Notes under the pieces: model-generated | What the model was told of the DNA's origin: nothing | Seen by the model: the letters and a program-made list of their open reading frames with translations, nothing else | Database searches by the model: none | Assembly (NCBI GenBank): GCA_014382695.1 | Contig: JACNJF010000194.1 | Location: 861 to 64,860, forward strand | From: Gammaproteobacteria bacterium | Lineage (GTDB): Bacteria > Pseudomonadota > Gammaproteobacteria > GCA-001735895 | Length of the DNA: 64,000 nt | Direction of reading: 5' to 3' | Position numbers and translations under genes: made by a program | In this document: in pieces, positions 17,757 to 29,474 of the stretch | Numbering within the stretch: the stretch's first letter is position 1 | Layout of the letters: each line of letters opens with the position of its first letter

Positions 17757-19847
17757 TTGGAAAGCGCTAATATCCTGATCGTAGAAGATGACCTTTTCGA
17801 GGCAGAGCATCTTAAACTACACCTGCAACAGGCAGGTCATCATATCGTAGATATCCTCAGCTCTGGCGAAGAAGCTATCGCCAGAGTTAACCACAATGGG
17901 ATCGATATCATGTTGGTGGATATCGTACTATCCGGAGAGCTGGATGGTATCGAGGCGGTACAACAAATCCGTAATAAACAGGATATTCCTGTCATTTTTC
18001 TGACCGCACATGTGAATGCTGATTTGCTGTTAAGGGCAGAACGAGCACGACCTTTCGCTTATCTACTCAAGCCCTATCGTCAGCTTGAGCTCGAATTCAT
18101 GATTAACATGAGTCTGGCCCGGAAGCGCGTTGAACAGGAATTGGCAACCCAGAAAGATCTGGCTGAAGCTGAATTACGTCAGGCTCAGGCCATTATTCAT
18201 CATACCAATGAAGGGGTGATGATTACGAACTCAGAAAGAATTATTATGTTCGTAAATCCGGCATTCAGCCGGATCACAGGTTATGAGCTGGATGACTGTA
18301 TCGGACAGAAAACGAGCATTCTGAATTCAGGCCGGCATGATGATGCGTTTTATGCCGATATCTGGTTTTCCATAGAGCATTACGGTCACTGGCAGGGTGA
18401 GCTATGGAACCGGCGTAAAAATGGTGAAATTTATCCGGAATGGTTGACGATAAATCCTATAGCTGAGCGTGATGGCAGTATCCGTCGTTATGTGGGTATC
18501 TTTTCTGATATCTCCAGCATCAAGCAGTCTGAAGCGGAGCTGGAACATCTCGCGCATCACGACCCGCTGACCAATCTGCCCAATCGCCTGTTATTGATGA
18601 CACGATTGCGCTATTCGCTACGCACCGCTTCCCGTCACCGACTGATGTGTGCGGTGCTGTATATCGATCTGGATCGTTTCAAGTTGATCAATGACAGCCT
18701 CGGGCATGAAATCGGGGATGTGGTTTTACAGACGGTTGCACGGCGATTCGAGAATCAGGTGCGCGAAGCCGATATGGTGGCACGTCTGGGCGGTGATGAA
18801 TTCGTGGTACTGCTGGAAGGCATCACTGATCCGGTCGATGCTTCGCTGATTGCACAAAAAATCATTCAGTCTCTGGAGCAACCGGTGATGGTGAATGACC
18901 ATCGTTTTTCGATCAGTTGCTCCATCGGTATTGCGATTTACCCGAAGGATGGGAATACGGTGGAGGACCTGTTACGTGATGCCGATTCGGCCATGTATCA
19001 GGCCAAAAAAATGGGTATGAACAATATCGTTTTTTACACCGAAGATATGACGCGTAAGGCTTATCGACGCATCAAACTCTACAGTGAGTTACGTCAGGCG
19101 CTGGTTAATCAGGAATTCAGACTCCATTATCAACCCCAGATCAATATGAAGTCAGCCAGCTTAATCGGGGTAGAAGCCCTGATCCGCTGGAAGCATCCTG
19201 AGAAAGGATTGATGGGGCCGAAGCATTTTATCCAGGAAGCCGAAGATACCGGACTGATCATTCCGATTGGAATATGGGTGTTGCAACAGGCCTGCCGGGA
19301 TATGAAGTCCTGGCTCGATAAGGGCCTGAAGTTTGGACGCGTATCGGTGAATGTCGCCGGTCCGCAGCTACAACGTGGTGATTTACTAACCGTGGTGAAT
19401 ATGGCGCTGGCAAAAGCGGAATTAAAACCGCAGTATCTGGAACTGGAGCTGACCGAGACCTATGCCATGGAACTGATAGAATCGCATCTACAGACACTCA
19501 ATGACCTCAACACCATGGGCGTCAGCATCGCTATCGACGATTTCGGTACCGGCACATCATCACTGAGTAAGCTGAAAAATCTGCACATCGACAAACTCAA
19601 GATTGATCGCTCATTTGTCACCGATATCCCGATGGATAAAAACGATGAAGCGATTACCCGTGCAATTATCGGGATGAGTCACACGCTGGGTCTGAGTGTG
19701 ATCGCGGAAGGGGTCGAGACGAAATCACAGGAACAGTTTCTGATTCGTGAAAACTGCCTGTTTGCTCAGGGCTTTCTATACAGCAAGCCGCTCAATATTA
19801 TTGAATTTGAAAAATTTGCGGCGAAATACAATCCACTACCGGATTGA
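17757..19847 (+). CDS. REC-PAS-GGDEF-EAL response regulator
   Basis: The TTG start gives 'MESANILIVEDD'. 'IMLVDIVL', a PAS segment, 'READMVARLGGDEF', then EAL 'GVEALIRW', 'DDFGTGTSSL', 'KIDRSFV'. Confidence 0.9.
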   Translation: MESANILIVEDDLFEAEHLKLHLQQAGHHIVDILSSGEEAIARVNHNGIDIMLVDIVLSGELDGIEAVQQIRNKQDIPVIFLTAHVNADLLLRAERARPFAYLLKPYRQLELEFMINMSLARKRVEQELATQKDLAEAELRQAQAIIHHTNEGVMITNSERIIMFVNPAFSRITGYELDDCIGQKTSILNSGRHDDAFYADIWFSIEHYGHWQGELWNRRKNGEIYPEWLTINPIAERDGSIRRYVGIFSDISSIKQSEAELEHLAHHDPLTNLPNRLLLMTRLRYSLRTASRHRLMCAVLYIDLDRFKLINDSLGHEIGDVVLQTVARRFENQVREADMVARLGGDEFVVLLEGITDPVDASLIAQKIIQSLEQPVMVNDHRFSISCSIGIAIYPKDGNTVEDLLRDADSAMYQAKKMGMNNIVFYTEDMTRKAYRRIKLYSELRQALVNQEFRLHYQPQINMKSASLIGVEALIRWKHPEKGLMGPKHFIQEAEDTGLIIPIGIWVLQQACRDMKSWLDKGLKFGRVSVNVAGPQLQRGDLLTVVNMALAKAELKPQYLELELTETYAMELIESHLQTLNDLNTMGVSIAIDDFGTGTSSLSKLKNLHIDKLKIDRSFVTDIPMDKNDEAITRAIIGMSHTLGLSVIAEGVETKSQEQFLIRENCLFAQGFLYSKPLNIIEFEKFAAKYNPLPD

Positions 19848-20489
19848 AAAATTTGTAAGCAGTGTTTCAAACTCTGCCCGCGTTATATCGACGGCCCCCA
19901 TGTTGACCAGATGGCGAGTATTCATCTGACAGTCGATGATCCGATACAGGCCTGACTCCACCAGCGCTTTGAGACAGCATTTAGACGCGTTTTCGGCATG
20001 GCTGAACATCGATTCACCATAGAAAAACTGCCCGATCGCAACCCCATATAGCCCCCCCACCAGTATCTTGTCGGCACTCCAGCATTCATAGGAGTGCGCA
20101 TAACCAGCGTTGAATAGCGCGCTATAGGCATCGATCATGGCTGGGCTAATCCAGCTGCGCGGTTGATTCTTGCGCGGTTCTGAGCAGGCTTGCATCACAG
20201 CGCGAAAGCTCTGGTCGCGGGTAATCAGATAGGGTGACTTTTTGAGGAATTTCCGAAACGAGCGGTTGATGTGAAAATTCTGTGGAAACAGCACCGTGCG
20301 CGGAGCCGGTGACCACCACAGTATCGGTTCATGTTCATTGAACCAGGGGAAAATGCCGTGTCCGTAGGCTTCCAGCAACCACTCTACATTCAGCTGTCCA
20401 CCGGCGGCCAGCAGGCCATTCGGTTCCGTTAGTGCGCTGCCGGTGGGCGGAAAGTGCGCAGCTGATAGCGGGTTCAGCCAGGGGATCAA
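19836..20489 (-). CDS. aat: leucyl/phenylalanyl-tRNA--protein transferase
   Basis: 'FPPTGSALTEPNGLLAAGGQLNVEWLLEAYGHGIFPWF' aligns with the E. coli Aat N-terminus. The TTG start overlaps the upstream stop (TTGA). Confidence 0.9.
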   Translation of the reverse strand: MIPWLNPLSAAHFPPTGSALTEPNGLLAAGGQLNVEWLLEAYGHGIFPWFNEHEPILWWSPAPRTVLFPQNFHINRSFRKFLKKSPYLITRDQSFRAVMQACSEPRKNQPRSWISPAMIDAYSALFNAGYAHSYECWSADKILVGGLYGVAIGQFFYGESMFSHAENASKCCLKALVESGLYRIIDCQMNTRHLVNMGAVDITRAEFETLLTNFSIR

Positions 20490-21637
20490 GCGTTTTTCCG
20501 GTAGGGCGATTTTGCCAGCATTTCGGTACAGTACTGATCGATATACTGTTCTTCCTGTTGCAGGTAATGGCCAATGGCCTGCTGAAACTGTTGGTCGACA
20601 AACCAGTGTGCGGAACAGGTGCGTTGTGGCAGAAAACCACGACTGATCTTATGCTCACCCTGAGCGCCCGGATCAAAATGCTGCAGCCTGTTTTCGATAC
20701 AGAAATCGATGCCCTGATAGTAACAGCACTCAAAATGCAGATGGTTGTAATACTCTTCGCAGCCCCATAGACGACCGTACAGCGTGCTGTCGCTAACGAA
20801 AAACAGCGAAGCGGCAATGATCTCTTCCTGCTTTAGTGCCAGCACCACCATTACCCGCTGTTTCAGTGCCCGACCGATGCGACGGAAAAAATCTTCACTG
20901 AGGGTGGCGGTTCCATATTTACGCTGAAAAATGCCGGCGTAGAGTTGATGTACTCTGTGCCATTCGGCATCCGTTAGCTGATCCCCGTATTTGCGGCAGA
21001 TGGTGAGGTCTTCAGCGGCTACGGCAGCCCGTTCCTTGCGGATATTTTTACGCTTTCTGGAGCTCAGTTGTGCCAGGAAGTCAGCAAAGTTCTGGTAACT
21101 TTGGTTATGCCAGTGATACTGACAGTCATAGCGCAGCAGCAGTTGATGATTGGTAAACGATTTCACAATGCTTTCCCGTTCAAACAGTAAATGCCAGCCA
21201 CTAAGTTGATGAGTCTGGCAAAACTGCTGGATCAGTTGAATCAGTTGCAGCCTCAACTGATGCGCCTGTTGCGCATCACTAATCTGCCGGTGAATCAGAA
21301 AGCGTGGGCCGGTGGCCGGTGTATAGGGGATGGCGGTCACCAGTTTTGGATAATAGTTCTGGCCCGAGCGTTCGTAAGCCTGGGCCCAGGTGTGATCGAA
21401 CACCAGTTCGCCATACGAGTTGGACTTGATGTAGCAGGGTGTCGCCGCAAGCAGCGAAGCGCCATCATGCAGTAGAAAGTAAACCGGCTGCCAGCCGTAT
21501 TCGAGCAGACAGTGGTGCTGTTCCAGCGCCAGCAGAAACTCATGCCGGGTAAACGGGTAATCAGCCTCACCGAGTTGATTCCATTCGCTTTCTTCAATCT
21601 CGGTCAGGCTCTGTTTTATCGTTACCTCAAGCTTCAT
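20486..21637 (-). CDS. FemAB-like / DUF482 GNAT-fold protein
   Basis: 'YPFTRHEFLLALEQ', 'GWQPVYFLL', 'YIKSNSYGELVFDHTWAQAYERSGQNYYPKLVTAIPYTPATGPRFL' match my recollection of the DUF482 (FemAB_like) family. Confidence 0.75.
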   Translation of the reverse strand: MKLEVTIKQSLTEIEESEWNQLGEADYPFTRHEFLLALEQHHCLLEYGWQPVYFLLHDGASLLAATPCYIKSNSYGELVFDHTWAQAYERSGQNYYPKLVTAIPYTPATGPRFLIHRQISDAQQAHQLRLQLIQLIQQFCQTHQLSGWHLLFERESIVKSFTNHQLLLRYDCQYHWHNQSYQNFADFLAQLSSRKRKNIRKERAAVAAEDLTICRKYGDQLTDAEWHRVHQLYAGIFQRKYGTATLSEDFFRRIGRALKQRVMVVLALKQEEIIAASLFFVSDSTLYGRLWGCEEYYNHLHFECCYYQGIDFCIENRLQHFDPGAQGEHKISRGFLPQRTCSAHWFVDQQFQQAIGHYLQQEEQYIDQYCTEMLAKSPYRKNA

Positions 21638-21689
21638 GTAGGCTCTGGCTCACACTCGGTAGATGGCATTCCCCGGGCTAATTCGCGGC

Positions 21690-22688
<999 letters not shown>

Positions 22689-22857
22689 TTACATCAAAAA
22701 GCCGGCCGTATTGTGGTGAAATTTATAGGAAAATCAGGGTGAGATTTATTTAATACCCAAGTATCAAATTGCAAGGTTTCGTTTTGGGCGGGTTACTGTA
22801 AAATGATGCGAATTCGAGATGTAATCTTTCCCACTTCTATCCAGCATAAGGTCCACT

Positions 22858-25191
22858 TTGGCACAGGCAAAAGCAAAACCCCCGGTTAATTCGCAGGCAG
22901 ACGGCCAGATTCTGAGCAGTCAGTTTGATCAGCGCCTGCGTGAAGCTGGCATGCTGATCTCGTTTGCGCTGGCGATCTATATGCTGGTTGCACTGCTCAG
23001 CTATGATCCGGCCGATGCGGCGTGGTCGCATAGCGGACTGAATCAGCGTGCCACCAATTTTGGCGGTTCGGCGGGTGCCTGGCTATCCGATCTGCTGCTG
23101 TATCTGTTCGGTTATATGGCCCTGCTGCTGCCGGTGATGCTGTTTTATAACGGCTTCATTCTAGTGCGTGCAAAAATCAGCAGTGCTGAAGACCGTTATC
23201 AGATGCTGGCGGTGCGCTGGAGCGGATTTGCGCTGACCCTGATCTCCGGCTGCGCGCTGTCCAGCCTGCATTTTGCAATGGATAAATCGATGATGCCGCT
23301 GGATGCTGGTGGCATTCTGGGTCAGCTGGCGGGGCATAATTTTTCTCTTAGCATGGGTTTTCTGGGCGCGACCGTGCTCCATCTGGCGCTGTTTTTGTCC
23401 GGTCTCACCCTGTTTACGGGCCTGTCCTGGCTGGCGGTTCTGGATTATACGGGGAAGGGGACTCTGCGCGCTTTTGACTGGTTGAGCGATCAGTATTACC
23501 TTCTCAAGGATAGGCGTATCGGCAGTAAGCTACGTCATCAACGGGAACAGATTTTTACTGAGCATCTTCTGAAAAAGGAAACGCGCAAGCCAGTACGCAT
23601 CGAACCGGTGGTGAAACAGCTGGAACCGAGTGAGCGGGTGCTTAAGGAGCAACAGATTCCGCTATTCAATAAGTCCGATAATGAAAGCTTTATGCCATCG
23701 CTGTCACTGCTGGACAACCCGCCACCGCGTACCCAGGGCTATAGCCCGGAAGCGCTGATGGCGATGTCACAGCAGCTCGAATCCAAGCTGCTGGATTTTG
23801 GTATCGAGATTCAGGTTGAGTCGGTTCATCCCGGCCCGGTTATCACGCGTTTTGAAATCATGCCGGCGGCAGGGGTCAAGGTCAGTCAGATCTCCAATCT
23901 GGCAAAGGATCTGGCGCGATCACTTTCAGTGATTGCGGTCCGTGTGGTGGAAGTCATTCCGGGTAAATCGGTGATGGGGCTGGAGATACCCAACGAGCAT
24001 CGTGAAATCGTGGTACTCAGCGAGATTCTAAAGTCGAAAGCCTACGATCAATCACACTCGCCTTTGACACTCGCGCTGGGCAAGGATATCGGTGGTGAAG
24101 CGGTGGTAGCGGATCTGGCCAAAATGCCGCATTTGCTGGTGGCGGGTACCACCGGTTCCGGTAAGTCGGTGGCGGTGAACGCAATGCTGCTAAGCCTGCT
24201 GTTCAAGTCTACTCCGGAGCAGGTGCGGCTGATCATGATCGATCCGAAGATGCTGGAGCTGAGCGTGTACGATGGCATTCCGCATCTACTGGCTCCGGTG
24301 GTGACCGACATGAAGGATGCGGCGAATGGTCTGCGCTGGTGTGTAGCGGAGATGGAACGGCGCTACAAATTGATGTCCGCTCTCGGTGTGCGCAATATCG
24401 CGGGCTATAACAAAAAGGTTAAAGATGCCATCGCTGCGGGTGAACCGATCAAAGATCCGCTGTTTAATCGCGAGCAGGCGATGTTGATGAATCCGGATGC
24501 CGTACCGGAAGATCTGGACAAGCTGCCTTATATTGTGGTTGTGGTGGATGAGTTTGCCGACATGATGATGGTGGTGGGCAAGAAGGTGGAAGAGTTGATC
24601 GCGCGTCTGGCGCAAAAGGCACGTGCTTCTGGTATCCATCTGATACTGGCCACCCAGCGTCCGTCGGTGGATGTGATCACCGGCCTGATTAAATCGAATA
24701 TCCCGACCCGTATTGCGTTTCAGGTCTCATCCAAGATCGACTCACGCACGATACTGGATCAGATGGGCGCGGAAAACCTGCTCGGGCATGGCGATATGCT
24801 CTATCTGCCACCCGGTACCAGCCTGCCGGAACGTATCCACGGTGCGTTTGTGGATGATCATGAAGTTCATGATGTGGTCGCTGAAATCAAGAAGCAGGGG
24901 AAACCAAACTACGTGGAAGGGGTCTTACAGGAGCAGACTGCTCCGGTGTTACCGGGAGAAGTCGGTCAGGATTCGACCGGTGCCGATCAGGATGCGCTGT
25001 ACGATGAAGCGGTCGCAATCGTGACGGAAACCCGTAAGGCATCGATTTCGTATGTGCAGCGTCGCCTCAAGATTGGCTATAACCGGGCGGCTCGTATGAT
25101 TGAAGAAATGGAAGCCTCTGGAGTCGTGACTCCGGTGCAGTCGAATGGCAGTCGTGAAGTGCTGGCGCCTGCGCCACCCTCTATGGATTAA
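22858..25191 (+). CDS. ftsK: DNA translocase FtsK
   Basis: N-terminal TM region, Walker A 'GTTGSGKS', '[11 protein letters not shown]', 'ATQRPS', and a C-terminal gamma domain 'YDEAVAIV...[21 protein letters not shown]'. The TTG start is uncertain. Confidence 0.9.
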   Translation: MAQAKAKPPVNSQADGQILSSQFDQRLREAGMLISFALAIYMLVALLSYDPADAAWSHSGLNQRATNFGGSAGAWLSDLLLYLFGYMALLLPVMLFYNGFILVRAKISSAEDRYQMLAVRWSGFALTLISGCALSSLHFAMDKSMMPLDAGGILGQLAGHNFSLSMGFLGATVLHLALFLSGLTLFTGLSWLAVLDYTGKGTLRAFDWLSDQYYLLKDRRIGSKLRHQREQIFTEHLLKKETRKPVRIEPVVKQLEPSERVLKEQQIPLFNKSDNESFMPSLSLLDNPPPRTQGYSPEALMAMSQQLESKLLDFGIEIQVESVHPGPVITRFEIMPAAGVKVSQISNLAKDLARSLSVIAVRVVEVIPGKSVMGLEIPNEHREIVVLSEILKSKAYDQSHSPLTLALGKDIGGEAVVADLAKMPHLLVAGTTGSGKSVAVNAMLLSLLFKSTPEQVRLIMIDPKMLELSVYDGIPHLLAPVVTDMKDAANGLRWCVAEMERRYKLMSALGVRNIAGYNKKVKDAIAAGEPIKDPLFNREQAMLMNPDAVPEDLDKLPYIVVVVDEFADMMMVVGKKVEELIARLAQKARASGIHLILATQRPSVDVITGLIKSNIPTRIAFQVSSKIDSRTILDQMGAENLLGHGDMLYLPPGTSLPERIHGAFVDDHEVHDVVAEIKKQGKPNYVEGVLQEQTAPVLPGEVGQDSTGADQDALYDEAVAIVTETRKASISYVQRRLKIGYNRAARMIEEMEASGVVTPVQSNGSREVLAPAPPSMD

Positions 25192-25209
25192 CCCTTGAAT
25201 ATTAAAACC

Positions 25210-25836
25210 ATGAAAAATAGTTTAGTGATGTTAATGAGCCTGCTGCCAGCATTATCTTTGCCAGTGAGCGCGACAGAAGTTGAAGACCGGCTGAACCGTG
25301 CCATGGCTTCGCTCGATAATCTGCAGGCTGAGTTCAAACAGACTCTGATTGATGACAATAAGAAGATAGTGCAGCAGTCGATGGGGCGGGTTTCGATCCA
25401 GCGCCCTGGTAAATTCCTATGGATCTATGAACAGCCCTACGAGCAGCAGATCATTGCCGATGGTAAAGAGTTATGGGTCTACGATGTGGATCTGGATCAG
25501 GCCACGGTGAAGCCGATGGAAGCAGGGCTGGCTTCGGCACCGATCATGGTGTTGATGAAGCAGCAAAAGGTCGAAACCGAATTCGATGTGAGTGAAGTCG
25601 GTCAGCACAAATACCTGTACTGGATTGAGCTGACGCCGAAGAACACGGATATGGAATACACCCGAATCTATATCGGAATGGAGAATGAAACCATCAAGGC
25701 ATTGGAGTTGCGTGACAGCTTCGGTCAGAGTACCCAGATCGTGTTTGAGAATCAGCGCAATAATGTAATTTTCAAGCCGGATACCTTCAAGTTTGTGCCG
25801 CCTGCCGGAGTCGATGTGTTCGGGGTCGGTGGTTAA
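25210..25836 (+). CDS. lolA: outer-membrane lipoprotein carrier LolA
   Basis: Signal peptide 'MKNSLVMLMSLLPALSLPVSA', 'LQAEFKQT', 'G.V.IQRPGKF.W.Y..PYEQ.I.ADGK.LW.YD.DL.Q'. The ORF is open from TTG 25195. Confidence 0.85.
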   Translation: MKNSLVMLMSLLPALSLPVSATEVEDRLNRAMASLDNLQAEFKQTLIDDNKKIVQQSMGRVSIQRPGKFLWIYEQPYEQQIIADGKELWVYDVDLDQATVKPMEAGLASAPIMVLMKQQKVETEFDVSEVGQHKYLYWIELTPKNTDMEYTRIYIGMENETIKALELRDSFGQSTQIVFENQRNNVIFKPDTFKFVPPAGVDVFGVGG

Positions 25837-25845
25837 GCCTCTGTG

Positions 25846-27150
25846 ATGCAGGATCTGTTTGCCGTCGAGCATGCCTATCAGCCTCTGGCGGATCGTATGC
25901 GACCGCAGAATCTGCAACAGATGATCGGGCAGTCGCATCTGCTGGCGGCAGGAAAACCACTGCGCCAGGCGATAGAATCCGGGAAACTGCATTCGATGCT
26001 GTTCTGGGGACCTCCCGGCACCGGCAAGACCACCCTGGCCAGGCTGATCGCGCGCTACAGTGATGCTCAGTTTCTATCGGTATCAGCCGTGTTATCCGGC
26101 GTTAAGGACATCCGAGCAGCGGTCGATCAGGCCAGACAGTTCAGCGGTTTAACGGTTTTGTTTGTAGATGAGGTACACCGCTTTAATAAATCCCAGCAGG
26201 ATGCCTTTCTGCCGCATATCGAAGATGGCACCCTGATTTTTGTTGGGGCCACCACTGAAAACCCTTCGTTCGAGCTGAACAATGCGTTGTTATCGCGAAC
26301 TCGAACCTATCTGCTGAAGTCTTTCACGGAAGCGGAGCTATCGGCACTGGTGGATATGGCTTTGCAGGACAGTGAACGCGGTCTCGGCCAGTTACAGTTA
26401 AACATAGCAGATGATGCACGCGCGCTGCTGATCCGAGCTGCCGATGGCGATGCACGGCGTGTGCTGACCTTTCTTGAGATACTGGCCGATCTTGAAATCG
26501 ATGGACAGATCGGCGCAGAGCAGGTGTCCGAAGTGGTCAGTCATGGGCATCGACGGTTTGATAACAAGGGCGATATCTTCTATGAGCAGATCTCCGCGTT
26601 ACATAAGTCGGTACGCGGATCCGATCCAGATGCCGCGCTCTACTGGTTATGCCGGATGCTGGATGGCGGCTGCGACCCGCTGTATATCGCGCGCCGGGTG
26701 GTGCGTATGGCTTCAGAAGATATTGGCAATGCCGATCCGCGCGCTCTTGAAATCAGTCTCAATGCCTGGTCCTGTTTTGAGCGACTGGGTAGTCCGGAAG
26801 GTGATCTGGCGATTGCCCATGCGGTGATTTATCTGGCCTGTGCGGCGAAGAGTAATGCGGTATACAATGCTTTCAAACAGGCCATGAGTGCGGCGCGCGA
26901 AACCGGCAGTCTGGATGTGCCTGCGCATCTGCGCAATGCGCCCACGCAGTTTATGAAGGAACTGGGTTACGGGAAGGATTATCGTTATGCCCACGATGAA
27001 ATGGAAGCCTTTGCGGCTGGAGAAAAATATTTTCCGGATGAGATGCCTGTATCTCATTACTATCAGCCGGTCGAGCGTGGACTGGAAACTCGAATTGCAG
27101 AAAAACTACGTTATCTGCGCAACCTGAATAAACAACATGATGTTGAATAA
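25846..27150 (+). CDS. rarA: replication-associated recombination protein A
   Basis: 'PLADRMRPQ', Walker A '[11 protein letters not shown]', '[11 protein letters not shown]', '[10 protein letters not shown]', '[20 protein letters not shown]'. Confidence 0.9.
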   Translation: MQDLFAVEHAYQPLADRMRPQNLQQMIGQSHLLAAGKPLRQAIESGKLHSMLFWGPPGTGKTTLARLIARYSDAQFLSVSAVLSGVKDIRAAVDQARQFSGLTVLFVDEVHRFNKSQQDAFLPHIEDGTLIFVGATTENPSFELNNALLSRTRTYLLKSFTEAELSALVDMALQDSERGLGQLQLNIADDARALLIRAADGDARRVLTFLEILADLEIDGQIGAEQVSEVVSHGHRRFDNKGDIFYEQISALHKSVRGSDPDAALYWLCRMLDGGCDPLYIARRVVRMASEDIGNADPRALEISLNAWSCFERLGSPEGDLAIAHAVIYLACAAKSNAVYNAFKQAMSAARETGSLDVPAHLRNAPTQFMKELGYGKDYRYAHDEMEAFAAGEKYFPDEMPVSHYYQPVERGLETRIAEKLRYLRNLNKQHDVE

Positions 27151-27739
27151 ACCCTTTTCTGAATCCTGTGAGCAAAACAGGCTGCCCATCCGACAGGTAC
27201 TGGAACGCTATCTGGAAGGCCGTCGTACGCTACTGGAAATTGGCAGTGGTACCGGTCAGCATGCCATCTATTTCGCTACTGAGTTTCCAGCTCTGGTCTG
27301 GCAAACCAGTGATCTTGCGGAAAATCATTCGGGCATTGCGGCCTGGATCAAGGATAGCGGTCTTTACAACGTGCTATATCCACTGACACTCGATGCAGGC
27401 AGCGACTGGCCGGATCAGCAATATGATCTGTTGTTTTCGGCAAACACGCTGCATATCATGTCGCAATCGGCTGCTGAGCAGTTCATGCGCAGGGTTTCCG
27501 GCTGTATGCATGCGCAATCTGTGCTGCTGCTGTATGGACCGTTTAATTATCAGAATCTTTATACCTCAGACAGTAATGCACGCTTCGATCAGTGGTTGAA
27601 GCAGCGTGACCCTGCCAGCGGAATAAAAAACTTTGAATGGCTAAAAGACATAGCCGATCAGTCTGGTTTAGAATGCACGGAAGATTTCGCGATGCCCGCC
27701 AATAATCGACTGTTGGTATGGCAAAAAACAGGCGGTTGA
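27137..27739 (+). CDS. DUF938-type SAM-dependent methyltransferase-like protein
   Basis: '[13 protein letters not shown]....[28 protein letters not shown]' is typical of DUF938. It overlaps the rarA stop by 14 nt. Confidence 0.7.
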   Translation: MMLNKPFSESCEQNRLPIRQVLERYLEGRRTLLEIGSGTGQHAIYFATEFPALVWQTSDLAENHSGIAAWIKDSGLYNVLYPLTLDAGSDWPDQQYDLLFSANTLHIMSQSAAEQFMRRVSGCMHAQSVLLLYGPFNYQNLYTSDSNARFDQWLKQRDPASGIKNFEWLKDIADQSGLECTEDFAMPANNRLLVWQKTGG

Positions 27740-27834
27740 AAACCTTAAGAAACTAAATCAGGCATTGCAGGACTAATTATTTAATCGCTGTACTGTCCAT
27801 AGAATTTAACTAACTTTACTTATTGAGAACCTCG

Positions 27835-28575
27835 ATGAAACCTATAAAACTTTACTTAAGCGCTGGATTATTGTCCTGTATGTCGCTCGCTTTCGCAGCC
27901 GAAAACGCTCCGGCTCCAGATGTTGATATCACCCAGCTACTCAAATCCAGACTTGGTGATGCAGAGGTGAGCGTGGCTCAGAAAACCCCGGCTGAAGGCA
28001 TCTATCAGACCAGCTTCGGCTCCAAAATTGCCTACCTGACCGGGGATGGCCGTTTCGTCATTGTCGGCGATATGATTGATCTACAAACTCAGGTCAATCT
28101 GACCGAGCTTTCGCGCAGAACGGTAAGCAAAAACGCGATCGATAAATTTGCCACCTCTGATCTGGCCATTTTCCCATCCATGAAAGAAACCACCGCTGCG
28201 GTATTGAATATTTTTACCGACTCTTCCTGCCCATACTGCAAAAAGCTGCACGAAGAAGTGCCAGAGTTACAGAAGGCCGGAATTGAAGTACGTTATTTCC
28301 CGTTTCCGCGCGGTGGTAACAGAGGGCCTGGCTATCAGACATTGAAGCAGGTCTGGTGCGCTGAAGACCGGGCGGCGGGGATGGATATTGCAAAAGAAAC
28401 TGCTGTTGGTGAATTACCTCCAGGAACCTGTGAGAATGCCAAAATTGTTGATCGAGGCTACTTACTGGGTAATGAAGTGGGTGTGACCGGTACCCCGGCA
28501 CTTTTTACCGAGAATGGAAAGAAAATTGATGGCTATGTGCCCTATCAAAACCTTATCCCGATGGTATTAAATTAA
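27835..28575 (+). CDS. dsbC: periplasmic thiol:disulfide interchange protein, DsbC family
   Basis: Signal peptide, an N-terminal dimerisation-like domain, a thioredoxin-fold 'CPYC' active site, and 'GTPA'. I cannot separate DsbC from DsbG. Confidence 0.75.
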   Translation: MKPIKLYLSAGLLSCMSLAFAAENAPAPDVDITQLLKSRLGDAEVSVAQKTPAEGIYQTSFGSKIAYLTGDGRFVIVGDMIDLQTQVNLTELSRRTVSKNAIDKFATSDLAIFPSMKETTAAVLNIFTDSSCPYCKKLHEEVPELQKAGIEVRYFPFPRGGNRGPGYQTLKQVWCAEDRAAGMDIAKETAVGELPPGTCENAKIVDRGYLLGNEVGVTGTPALFTENGKKIDGYVPYQNLIPMVLN

Positions 28576-28752
28576 TACTATCTTCAGCGTTTTGGGAGTC
28601 CCGGCGTTGTAAGCCGAGGCTCCTGAACGTTAATCAGATTTACTAATAACAAAATGTTCTTAATTTAATAAGCTTATTCGCATAACTTTGTAGCACATTA
28701 GCCTTATAAAAAGCACAATCTCAAAGCTACCGTTAATCACCGAGACAAAACT

Positions 28753-29136
28753 ATGCAGTCATCAGATGGTCGGCCGATCTATCTTGATTTAAAGAATATC
28801 AAACTTCCAATATCGGGCATTATTTCGATTATGCACCGTGCCTTTGGAATTATTCTTTCTTTCTCCATACCCGTTTTAACATATCTATTTACCCTCAGTT
28901 TGCAAAGTGAGGATGGCTTTAATCAGGTTGCAGGCATGCTTGATTCTGGCTGGTTGTTCCCCGTTTATTTTTTCTTTATCTGGTCCTTCGTACATCATCT
29001 GTTTGCCGGTATTCGCTACCTGCTGATCGATCTCGAGATCGGTGTCGAGAAGCAGATCGCTACGAAAAGTTCTCAGGTGGTTTTAGTCGCCGCTCTGGTG
29101 GTGTCTTTTCTGCTTACGCTGGGAGTGGTGCTATGA
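28753..29136 (+). CDS. sdhC: succinate dehydrogenase cytochrome b556 subunit
   Basis: 127 aa with 3 TM helices and 'SIMHRAFG'. It is the first gene of the sdh block. Confidence 0.85.
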   Translation: MQSSDGRPIYLDLKNIKLPISGIISIMHRAFGIILSFSIPVLTYLFTLSLQSEDGFNQVAGMLDSGWLFPVYFFFIWSFVHHLFAGIRYLLIDLEIGVEKQIATKSSQVVLVAALVVSFLLTLGVVL

Positions 29137-29474
29137 GTGGTTTTTCAGGAATGCAGGCCTGGCTGCTACAGCGTTTTAGCGCCATCTATATCGTATTGTT
29201 TGCCATCATATTGACCATGATACTGTGGGGTGGTGAAGAATTAAGCTACCCCACCTGGGTGGCATTATTTGCCCAGCCATGGCTGCAGGTGATGTCGAGC
29301 CTGTTTGTGGTCGCGTTACTTTTTCATGCCTGGATCGGGCTAAGAGATGTCATCCTGGATTATATCAAACCCGTTGGAATCAAAATGCTGGTTATGTCGG
29401 CGATAGTTTTTATGCTGCTAGCATCAGGATTCTGGTTATTACGTGCACTGTTACTAGTTGAAGTGATCTCATGA
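29133..29474 (+). CDS. sdhD: succinate dehydrogenase membrane anchor subunit
   Basis: 113 aa with 3 TM helices, 'WLLQRFSA', 'HAWIGLRDVILDY'. 4-nt overlaps with both neighbours. Confidence 0.85.
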   Translation: MSGFSGMQAWLLQRFSAIYIVLFAIILTMILWGGEELSYPTWVALFAQPWLQVMSSLFVVALLFHAWIGLRDVILDYIKPVGIKMLVMSAIVFMLLASGFWLLRALLLVEVIS

